Shown here one piece after another: positions 17,128-25,376 of a DNA stretch of 64,000 nucleotides (positions are counted from its first letter, which is position 1; every line of letters starts with the position of its first letter). This stretch comes from a virus. Location: the IMG/VR virus record IMGVR_UViG_3300028734_000012, positions 64,001-128,000 of that record. One strand, 5' to 3'. A model generated the notes under the pieces. That model ran no database searches, was not told the origin of the DNA, and saw nothing but the letters and a program-made list of their open reading frames with translations. Both the position numbers and the translations under genes were made by a program.

Positions 17128-17886
17128 ATGGGAGAAAAAGAAAATAACAATTGTTCAGTGTATGTACATATTTTCCCTAATAGCAAACTATATTTTGGGA
17201 TTACTTCATTAGTACCACAAATACGATGGGGAAATAACGGAATAGGATATCAAGGTCAATGTGTATATAGTGCAATAAATAAATATGGTTGGGATAATAT
17301 TGAGCATATTATTTTATATGATAATTTGACGTTGGAACAGGCTAATAATTATGAAAAATTATTTATTAAATATTATGATACCAAAATTGATAATGGTAAT
17401 GGTTATAATGTTACAAATGGTGGTAATGGAACTTGTGGATACATATGGTCAGAAGAACAAAAATTAATTTTAAGTAAATCTCATATGGGATTAAATAATT
17501 TTATTAATAAGACTGAAAACGAAATGGAAGAAATAAATAAAAAGCGTAGTAAGTCAATAACAGAAACAATTAATTCGGAAGATTGGAAAGCAAAAAATAA
17601 AGGAATACATATAGGACATATAGTTTCTAAAGAGACAAAAGATAAAATAAGTAACTCTTTAATTGGATATAAACGTTCTGATTCTTTTAAAAAAAAATTA
17701 AGTGATATCCATAATATTCCTGTAATATGTGTATCAACAGGAGAAATATTTAAATCTACAAAAGAAGCAAGTAAGTTTTATAACTGTGATAGTTCAAATA
17801 TTACTGCATGTTGTAAAGGTAGGTTAAAAACAGCAGGTAAATTTAATGGAGTTAAGTTAGTATGGGAATATTGTACCAACATGTGA
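17128..17886 (+). CDS. GIY-YIG homing endonuclease with NUMOD3/NUMOD1 domains
   Basis: VYVH..PNSKLYFGIT, AINKYGWDN, E...I, GYN...GG, ITACCKG..KTAG. Confidence 0.8.
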   Translation: MGEKENNNCSVYVHIFPNSKLYFGITSLVPQIRWGNNGIGYQGQCVYSAINKYGWDNIEHIILYDNLTLEQANNYEKLFIKYYDTKIDNGNGYNVTNGGNGTCGYIWSEEQKLILSKSHMGLNNFINKTENEMEEINKKRSKSITETINSEDWKAKNKGIHIGHIVSKETKDKISNSLIGYKRSDSFKKKLSDIHNIPVICVSTGEIFKSTKEASKFYNCDSSNITACCKGRLKTAGKFNGVKLVWEYCTNM

Positions 17887-17986
17887 ATCATAACACATAA
17901 AAATAAAATGTGGCTAGTCGATTACTGCTTGGCTGATTGGTAGTATAGGTTATGTAGCCTTAGTTTTACTTTGACTATATAAATAT

Positions 17987-18062
17987 GGGGATATAATTCA
18001 TTTGGTAGAATATCTGCCTTGCAAGCAGAACGTGAACGGTTCAAATCCGTTTATCTCCACCA
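17987..18062 (+). tRNA. tRNA-Ala(TGC)
   Basis: GGGGATA/TATCTCC acceptor with G3:U70; TCTGC-CTTGCAA-GCAGA anticodon arm; ACCA end. Confidence 0.9.
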
Positions 18063-18159
18063 ACATATCAAGTCGGAATGGAGACATTAAACCCATATCC
18101 ATTCCAGAATAAAACTGTGAAAAATTGATGGTTATACTTCCATACAAAAAGTAATTTAT

Positions 18160-18233
18160 GGTCAATTATTTTAACGGTAGAATCTCTGTTTTGTAATCAG
18201 AAGATGCGGGTTCGATTCCTGCATTGACCTCCA
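18160..18233 (+). tRNA. tRNA-Thr(TGT)
   Basis: GGTCAAT/ATTGACC acceptor; TTTGTAA loop; CCA end. Confidence 0.8.
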
Positions 18234-18350
18234 CTTTCATTGACCTATATCTGCTTTGTTGCAAGAGTGGTGTAGAGAGAAAGCTTTAACTGTTTGTATG
18301 TATAACATGACTGCAACTATGTACTTTAGTACACAAAAACATTCGTTCAT

Positions 18351-18427
18351 ACGCTAATGGCTTAACTGGATAAAGCATCAGATTTCTAATCTGTGTATTG
18401 GGGGTTCAAGTCCCTCTTAGCGTACCA
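18351..18427 (+). tRNA. tRNA-Arg(TCT)
   Basis: ACGCTAA/TTAGCGT acceptor; CAGA-TTTCTAA-TCTG anticodon arm; ACCA end. Confidence 0.85.
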
Positions 18428-18432
18428 AATTA

Positions 18433-18488
18433 AAGATACTTACAGCTATTAAATAAAATCAAGCTTTATTGATAAAAATAGTATCTTG
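18433..18488 (+). ncRNA. ACAGC-stem RNA copy 6
   Basis: AAGATACT-TACAGCTA...AGTATCTTG. Confidence 0.7.
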
Positions 18489-18494
18489 TTATAT

Positions 18495-18568
18495 GGGGCA
18501 ATAGTCCAACGGTAGAACGTCAGCTTCCAAAACTGATTACGTGGGTTCAACTCCTACTTGCTTCGCCA
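18495..18568 (+). tRNA. tRNA-Trp(CCA)
   Basis: GGGGCAA/TTGCTTC acceptor; TTCCAAA loop; GCCA end. Confidence 0.8.
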
Positions 18569-18605
18569 AATATCTCATTGAACGTGAGTATAAAGAATGT
18601 TCATT

Positions 18606-18634
18606 AAACACCTATTTTTTATAGGTGTTTTTTT
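18606..18634 (+). terminator. intrinsic terminator ending the tRNA operon
   Basis: AAACACCTAT-loop-ATAGGTGTTT followed by a T-run. Confidence 0.85.
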
Positions 18635-18711
18635 GTTATGTAAAAATACAAAATCTATATTTTATTTATATATAAAATTAATTTATATATAGAAGAAAGA
18701 GAGGAATTAAT

Positions 18712-20304
18712 ATGGCTGAAATCCATGTAGCGCCACAAATACAGAATGATGATGGCACTTTTACTGATGTAAAAATTCAAACAGATTCAAGTCAAGTATT
18801 TAATACTGATGGCACTACAGTACAATCACATGTTGATAATTCTAGTAAACATATTACCAAATGTTCGCACGTTAAGATTGGTACTGTTCATAATTTATCA
18901 GATGATAATATAGGGACTGTAACAGGCTCTAATGTCACAATTAATGGGACTGTAAATACTAGCATTAAAAGCTTAATTATTAATGGTAGCACTACTTTAA
19001 CTGGGACTGGAATAGCTTCTCCAAATAATCTTTATACTATAACAGGAGTAGTTGCTCCAAGTATTACTATCAACGATGTGGTACGCTCTACTACTATTAT
19101 TAATGCACTTTATAGTATGAGTGATGGAGTAAAAGATACCGTAAATATTACAACAGGAATAAGAACTAATTACACTGGATTAGTTAAATTTGTTGGCAAT
19201 GAAACTTGGTCAATATATTCTACTTCTGATAATTCTACTTCTGTATGTTTTTATGTTAGTTCTTTTACAAATAGATTAGCATCAAGTACAGACGTATGTA
19301 ATGAGTTTACATATAAAACAAATCTTTTAAGTAGTACTACAACAGATGAAGGGTACTGGTTAAGTGACGTACAAGCAAATGCAACCCTTGGATATTTCCG
19401 TGTAAATAAAAGCAGATTAATTGGATGGTCTGATTCACTTTCTGATGTAAACAAAATTGCATTATTTAAAACTTGGCTTTCTTCATATAATCTTATTGTA
19501 TTATATGAATTATTAACACCAACAACTTCTACAGAAACAATTCAAGAGTTTAGAACAGCGGATACAACTACAAATGTATCTATAGATAAAGGTTCATTTA
19601 CATTAGTTTATTTTAAAGATATGTTAGGTAGTAATACGATAAGTTTTCAAACTACTGCTGATTTTACCGTTGGAGATACATGGAAAATTAATGGTTCTCA
19701 ATTAATTGCAAAAATGATTAATGGTAATGCATTATATACCAATGTATTTAAATCTGGTGGATTTATTGTAGGTAAAATTGATGGCTCTAATTTATTAATA
19801 AGTATTACTGATGGCGGTAATTCAGATACTGTAGATGGAAAACATTCAAGCGATTTTGTACCAAAGGTTATTGGTTGTACTGGTAGTTGTGATGGTTATT
19901 TTCAGACAGGAGTTTATCAAGGTATATTTACAAATTATCCACCTTCATTACCAGATGGTCAAGGAAACTTAATTGTGCATTCATATAGTACAACTTCTAC
20001 AAGTGCTGGGTGGACACAACAAGAGTTTGTATCTGCTCAAACAAGTGTTAAAAACATAAGGAAAGCAGTTAATGGTGTTTGGGAATCATGGGGAACTCAA
20101 TATTCTTCTTTAAATATTGGTACTGCAAGTGTTTTAAATGCAGATACTGTAGATGGGATACATGCCGCTGATTTAGGTGGTATGTATGTAGGAATTGTCG
20201 CCCCAACTGCTGTAACAAAAGGTTGGATAGATACTGCTAATGGCGGTATATTGAAATATTTTAATGGTACTGCTTGGGTAGCGGCTAAAGGAGTTTGGGG
20301 ATGA
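18712..20304 (+). CDS. tail-fibre / virion appendage-like protein
   Basis: Thr/Ser-rich beta character; (N/A)DTVDG.HA fibre repeats; WTQQEF...IRKAVNGVWESW knob-like segment. Confidence 0.65.
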   Translation: MAEIHVAPQIQNDDGTFTDVKIQTDSSQVFNTDGTTVQSHVDNSSKHITKCSHVKIGTVHNLSDDNIGTVTGSNVTINGTVNTSIKSLIINGSTTLTGTGIASPNNLYTITGVVAPSITINDVVRSTTIINALYSMSDGVKDTVNITTGIRTNYTGLVKFVGNETWSIYSTSDNSTSVCFYVSSFTNRLASSTDVCNEFTYKTNLLSSTTTDEGYWLSDVQANATLGYFRVNKSRLIGWSDSLSDVNKIALFKTWLSSYNLIVLYELLTPTTSTETIQEFRTADTTTNVSIDKGSFTLVYFKDMLGSNTISFQTTADFTVGDTWKINGSQLIAKMINGNALYTNVFKSGGFIVGKIDGSNLLISITDGGNSDTVDGKHSSDFVPKVIGCTGSCDGYFQTGVYQGIFTNYPPSLPDGQGNLIVHSYSTTSTSAGWTQQEFVSAQTSVKNIRKAVNGVWESWGTQYSSLNIGTASVLNADTVDGIHAADLGGMYVGIVAPTAVTKGWIDTANGGILKYFNGTAWVAAKGVWG

Positions 20305-20310
20305 GTATAA

Positions 20311-20982
20311 ATGAGTGAAATGATTTCTAGTGAACTAATTGCTTTAAAAGCAAAAGTAAAAGCAGAAATGCAAAGAAGAGCATATACGGGAAGTCTTGTT
20401 GCTTATGCTGATACTTCTTGGGATTTTTCTACAACACCTGCTACGGGTGGAATAATATTAGCTGAACATGGTAAAAAAGTTATAGAACCATTACTAGCAG
20501 TTAAAACATATGGAGATTTAGTTCCTGTTGTTTCAGGCGCTATTATCCCTACATCTTTTGATAATACTGGATTAACAACTATAGTTAATAATTTAGCCGC
20601 AGAAGCTACTACAACGTCAGCATCTTCATGTTCTGCATCATGTACAGGATTATGTGTTGCTTGTACTGGTAGTTGCACTGGTGGTTGTAGCGGTAGTTGT
20701 AGCGGTAGTTGTAAAACTGGATGTAGCGGATGTGAGGGTTGCGGAGTATGTGATGTTACTTGTTTAGGATTTTGTAAAGCAACTTGTAATACCACATGTA
20801 CTCCATGTACTGGATGTTCTAGTATGTGTGCTGGTACTTGTGGGGCATGTACATCGTGTGATGGTTGCTCTGGATGTAGTGGTTCTAAATCTTCTGGTGC
20901 TAACTGTAGCGGATACTGTTCCAGTACATGTACAAGCAGTTGCGGAGCATGTACTGGATGTTCTGGTCAAAGAGCGAGTTAA
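20311..20982 (+). CDS. Cys-rich CXXX/CXX-repeat protein, putative radical-SAM substrate
   Basis: ~105-aa N-terminal domain followed by 30 Cys in Cxx(x) spacing. Confidence 0.8.
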   Translation: MSEMISSELIALKAKVKAEMQRRAYTGSLVAYADTSWDFSTTPATGGIILAEHGKKVIEPLLAVKTYGDLVPVVSGAIIPTSFDNTGLTTIVNNLAAEATTTSASSCSASCTGLCVACTGSCTGGCSGSCSGSCKTGCSGCEGCGVCDVTCLGFCKATCNTTCTPCTGCSSMCAGTCGACTSCDGCSGCSGSKSSGANCSGYCSSTCTSSCGACTGCSGQRAS

Positions 20983-21005
20983 AATAAAAGGAGAAATATT
21001 TTATT

Positions 21006-21299
21006 ATGAAGGTAGAAATTAAAGGGGAACTTGTCGATTATATAGAATCATTGCAATATGAAACATATGCACGTAAAGATATTATAGCGTTTATGTTAGA
21101 AAAAAATATGAATATGAGTACTGATTCTGCAAAAGAATATCAAAAAGAATATAAAAGGTATTTTTCTGAATATGAAATTGCACTACAACAATTGAAAGAA
21201 TTATACATATATGCTAATCCTAGTATTGCTGATAAAGAAGTCAAATGGAGTTTAGATTTTGAGAGCAAAATGTTAACAATCGAGGTAGATAATGTATAA
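21006..21299 (+). CDS. small accessory protein of the CXXX-repeat modification system
   Basis: Helical 97-aa protein ending in WSLDFES; lies between substrate and maturase. Confidence 0.6.
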   Translation: MKVEIKGELVDYIESLQYETYARKDIIAFMLEKNMNMSTDSAKEYQKEYKRYFSEYEIALQQLKELYIYANPSIADKEVKWSLDFESKMLTIEVDNV

Positions 21300-22614
21300 A
21301 AAAATAGAACAATATGCTGATTATATCAATAGACTATTTCCACAACCATATGACGGTGATGTGCATCATAAAAAACTTGCACGTACAATAACATTTCAAG
21401 TTACTGATGATTGTAACCTAAGATGTACATATTGTTATGAAATTAACAAAGGTCATCATTTTATGAATTTTGATATAGCAAAACGTTTTATAGATGATAT
21501 ATTAAATACAGATATAGATACCAATGAATATATTAATATTGATAATTCTCCTGCTATTATAATGGAATTTATAGGTGGAGAACCATTCCTAGCAATAGAT
21601 TTGATTGATAAAATAACTGATTATTTTATTACACAAATGATTATAAAAAAACATCCGTGGGCTACAAGATTTATGATAACTATCTGTTCTAACGGTGTAT
21701 TATATTTTGATGAAAGAGTACAAACTTATATAAAGAAACACTTACATCATTTATCATTTTCCGTATCTGTAGATGGTAATAAGAGATTACATGATACTTG
21801 CAGAGTATTCCCTAATGGTATGGGTTCTTATGATATGGCTATAAAAGCAGTTAAGCACTTTACAGAAGTGCTTGGTGGTAAAATGGGAAGTAAGATGACA
21901 CTTGCTCCTGCTAATATAGGGTATACATTTGAAGCTGTTGAAAATCTTATTAAATTAGGATATGAACAAATATTTCTTAATACTGTATATGAAAAAGGAT
22001 GGACTAAAGAAAACGCAACTACACTATATGAACAACTTAAAATGGTAGCTGATTATTTATTAGAAAATGGGTTACAAAATAAGATATACCTATCTATTTT
22101 TGAGGAAGATTTTGCAAGACCAAAGGGCACTGATGATATTGATAATTGGTGTGGTGGTACTGGCAACATGATTGCTGTAGATTATAAGGGAGATATTTTT
22201 CCATGCTTACGTTATATGGAAAGTAGTCTAGGTGATGACCAAGAACCTATGATAATTGGTAATGTATTTGACGGTATGATGAAAACAGAAAAACAATGTG
22301 ATTGTGTTAATTGTTTAGGATGTATTGATAGAAGAACACAATCTACTGATGAATGTTTTAATTGTCCTATTGCGCAAGGTTGTGGATGGTGTTCTGCTCA
22401 TAATTATCAAGAGTTTGGTACGGCTAATAAAAGAACTACATATGCTTGCGATATGCATAAAGCAAGAGCATTGGCTAATGTATACTTTTGGAATAAAACA
22501 TATGCTAAAAACGGTATAGCTAAAAGATTTAAAAATTACGTACCAGACGAATGGGCTTTAGAAATTATAAATAAAGATGAACTTGAAATGCTTAAAAGTT
22601 TAGAAAAGAGATGA
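21292..22614 (+). CDS. radical SAM/SPASM peptide maturase (CXXX-repeat-target type)
   Basis: CNLRCTYC motif, FIGGEP, and SPASM cysteines (WCGG...FPC...CFNC...GCGWC...C). Confidence 0.9.
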   Translation: MYKKIEQYADYINRLFPQPYDGDVHHKKLARTITFQVTDDCNLRCTYCYEINKGHHFMNFDIAKRFIDDILNTDIDTNEYINIDNSPAIIMEFIGGEPFLAIDLIDKITDYFITQMIIKKHPWATRFMITICSNGVLYFDERVQTYIKKHLHHLSFSVSVDGNKRLHDTCRVFPNGMGSYDMAIKAVKHFTEVLGGKMGSKMTLAPANIGYTFEAVENLIKLGYEQIFLNTVYEKGWTKENATTLYEQLKMVADYLLENGLQNKIYLSIFEEDFARPKGTDDIDNWCGGTGNMIAVDYKGDIFPCLRYMESSLGDDQEPMIIGNVFDGMMKTEKQCDCVNCLGCIDRRTQSTDECFNCPIAQGCGWCSAHNYQEFGTANKRTTYACDMHKARALANVYFWNKTYAKNGIAKRFKNYVPDEWALEIINKDELEMLKSLEKR

Positions 22615-22618
22615 TATA

Positions 22619-22945
22619 ATGTTTAAAATTAAATTAATTGATGGCACGATTTTTAACGCAACTTCTGTAGAAGAAAATTTTAGAACAGAAGTTACTGGTG
22701 ATGCTCATATTTCACTTACTATACAAAATGATAAAGCTGAACCTAGTGATAACCTTGAAGTATATAAAAATAAATTGATTACCGAAAATCTTAAATCAAT
22801 TTCAGTATACGATGAAACTGGTAAAAATCTAATTACTGTATATCAAGGATATGTATTTGTTAGATATTTAGCGGCTAGGATTCAAGCGAATGGAAGTATA
22901 CTATACGATTTTAATCTTACTAAAGAAGACTTAGTAACAGTATAA
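22619..22945 (+). CDS. hypothetical protein
   Basis: ORF in operon. Confidence 0.6.
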   Translation: MFKIKLIDGTIFNATSVEENFRTEVTGDAHISLTIQNDKAEPSDNLEVYKNKLITENLKSISVYDETGKNLITVYQGYVFVRYLAARIQANGSILYDFNLTKEDLVTV

Positions 22946-23031
22946 TAATCTAAAAACAAATCATAATTGAGTAGGATAATTTCCCCCTTATATATGAATG
23001 GTTTAAACTTATTTTTAAGGGAGATGCTAAT

Positions 23032-23478
23032 ATGCAAGCACAGATTGATATGAATAGCGTATCAATTATTGTTGGGCTTATCTTATCTTTAAGTGCAATA
23101 ATTGGATTATTATTCAAGGTATTTAAGAAATTTGATAAGATTGATAAAATTGATATAATTTTAGTCAAAGTAGAGGAATTAGAGAAGAAATTTATTTTTG
23201 TAGATGTTATGAAGCAAGATTTTGAAGCAAATGCAAAAGAATCAGAAACTAAAATTACTTTACTCTCTGGATTAAAAGATGATGTAAAAGAGATATCTAC
23301 GCAATTAGAGGAAGTAAAAGAAGAAACACGATTTAATACTAGCATGAATAAAGTTGATACAGAAGTATTAGAAGCGTTAGCAGACCATGCCATTAAAACA
23401 CAGAATGCTAATGGTAAGGTACATAGAAGTTTAGAAATGCTAGAAAAACTAAAATTTAATAATCCAAAATTTTCATAA
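23032..23478 (+). CDS. membrane-anchored coiled-coil protein (holin-like?)
   Basis: Single N-terminal TM helix followed by a coiled coil. Confidence 0.55.
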   Translation: MQAQIDMNSVSIIVGLILSLSAIIGLLFKVFKKFDKIDKIDIILVKVEELEKKFIFVDVMKQDFEANAKESETKITLLSGLKDDVKEISTQLEEVKEETRFNTSMNKVDTEVLEALADHAIKTQNANGKVHRSLEMLEKLKFNNPKFS

Positions 23479-23559
23479 TTATCGTACTACTACATTTTAC
23501 TAATTGTTTACCCCTTTGATATTATTATTTAAAAATAATTAAAAAAGGAGTTTTATATT

Positions 23560-23709
23560 ATGGCTTTGACAACTAAACAAATTAAAGATTTAAATAATAT
23601 GAATATATCGGCTCAAAAAGCAAAGTTAGGAACGGAGATACAATCTATATTATCACAAATTGGTGATATAGAGATAATACTAGATATAATTAATGGTGAG
23701 ATTGTATGA
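23560..23709 (+). CDS. small hypothetical protein (49 aa), not in ORF track
   Basis: AAGGAG RBS; MALTTKQIKDLNNMN...; overlaps the next start codon. Confidence 0.6.
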   Translation: MALTTKQIKDLNNMNISAQKAKLGTEIQSILSQIGDIEIILDIINGEIV

Positions 23710-25376
23710 GTATAATTAACAAATTACAATATTTAAATGAAACTAAAAATGAAATTAAAAATGCTATTAGAGATAAAGGTGTCGAGATATTAGACACTGA
23801 TATTTTTAGAAATTATCCTAATAAGATTAGTCAAATTAGTGGTGGTAGCGTTGAACCGCCATCCCCTTTAGAGGTATACAATACAACTAGACCTAAAGAT
23901 TGGCTGACGATGCCAATCCCTAATGATAATGAAGCTTATATGTTATTTTTAATACCACATACTGATATGGCTTTGTTTGCTATAAATGTAATATGTGACG
24001 GTATCTATAGCGTTTATTTTGGTGCTAATGAAAGCATAATCAATATATTGAGCGGGACTACAGCCGAAAAAACACTTGATTTTAATGATTATGATGATTT
24101 AACTTCTGATGGGTTTAAACAGGTAATGATAAGAATAACTGGTGAAAATATTACGGATATAAGTCTTGTATCTCATAGTTTGAAAAATGGTTATACAGAT
24201 TTTACGGTTGTAGATTTTATTGGGAAATTACCTGTTGTAGAAGATATTAAGATAACATCTAATAATTTAAGATACTTTAATCTAATTGGGAATAACAATA
24301 TAAGTCAGGTATCTGATATATCTAATCCTATGGTATTTAATAAATGTATATCATTAATCGCATTATTATCATTAAACACTAGCAAAGTTACTAGCATGAA
24401 TAGTATGTTTAGCAATTGCACCTCTTTAAAAAGTATACCATTATTAGATACAAGTAATGTTACTGATATGAATAATATGTTTAGCGGTTGCAATTGTTTA
24501 AAAAGTATACCATTATTAGATACAAGTAAAGTTACTAATATGAATAATATGTTTGATAGTTGTTTTTCTTTAACAAATATACCACTATTAGATACAAGTA
24601 ATGTTACTGATATGAGTAGCATGTTATCTTTTTGTCAGCTTTTAAAAAATATACCATTATTAGATACAAGAAATGTTACCGATATGAATAATATGTTTTC
24701 CACTTGTGTTTCTTTAATAAGTATACCATTATTAAACACTAGCAAAGTTACTAGCATGAATAGTATGTTTAGCAATTGCACCTCTTTAACAAATATACCA
24801 TTATTAGACACAAGTAATGTTACTGATATGAGTTATATGTTTATTGGGTGCAATTGCTTAATAAATATACCATTACTAAACACTAGCAAAGTTACTAATA
24901 TGAATAATATGTTTAGTAGTTGTATGTGTTTAAAAAGTATACCATTATTAGATACAATCAACGTTACTGATATGAGTAATATGTTTAATAGTTGTTTTTT
25001 TTTAAAAAGTATACCATTATTAGATACAAGTAATGTTATTGATATGAGTTATATATTTTATAATTGTACGTCTTTAATGGACATACCGTTGTTAAACATA
25101 AAAAGTCTTGTATCTAATGATGGTATGTTTAATTACTGTTCCTCAATATATAATATATTATTTGGTGGTCTAAATGTATCTAGTATTATAATTTCCATAC
25201 GTTCATGTCCTTTATCACATAAAGCAATAGTTAATTTAATTAATTCATTACCAATATCTGCGGAAAGTTCTACTTTAAATATTATTAACATTTTGAATAA
25301 TGAACCGCTAACAGATGCAGAAAAGTTAGTTGCTAATAATAAAAATTGGGATATAGCTACAGGAGAATTGGAATAA
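23706..25376 (+). CDS. DUF285/BspA-like leucine-rich-repeat protein, probable receptor-binding appendage
   Basis: About ten 24-aa repeats LLDTSNVTDMxxMFxxCxSLxxIP. Confidence 0.8.
   Translation: MSIINKLQYLNETKNEIKNAIRDKGVEILDTDIFRNYPNKISQISGGSVEPPSPLEVYNTTRPKDWLTMPIPNDNEAYMLFLIPHTDMALFAINVICDGIYSVYFGANESIINILSGTTAEKTLDFNDYDDLTSDGFKQVMIRITGENITDISLVSHSLKNGYTDFTVVDFIGKLPVVEDIKITSNNLRYFNLIGNNNISQVSDISNPMVFNKCISLIALLSLNTSKVTSMNSMFSNCTSLKSIPLLDTSNVTDMNNMFSGCNCLKSIPLLDTSKVTNMNNMFDSCFSLTNIPLLDTSNVTDMSSMLSFCQLLKNIPLLDTRNVTDMNNMFSTCVSLISIPLLNTSKVTSMNSMFSNCTSLTNIPLLDTSNVTDMSYMFIGCNCLINIPLLNTSKVTNMNNMFSSCMCLKSIPLLDTINVTDMSNMFNSCFFLKSIPLLDTSNVIDMSYIFYNCTSLMDIPLLNIKSLVSNDGMFNYCSSIYNILFGGLNVSSIIISIRSCPLSHKAIVNLINSLPISAESSTLNIINILNNEPLTDAEKLVANNKNWDIATGELE

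Noticed and set aside
12299-18488. CRISPR array or mini-array interpretation of the ACAGC repeats
   Set aside because: Copies are dispersed, each is a self-pairing stem with covariation, spacing is irregular, and no cas genes are present
20403-20970. Antisense ORFs over the Cys-rich gene, and similar shadow ORFs over HU, scaffold, tape measure and other genes
   Set aside because: Explained by codon periodicity of the sense genes; no RBS or independent protein features
23706-25376. Diversity-generating retroelement target
   Set aside because: No reverse transcriptase or separate template repeat with adenine-specific differences in the window
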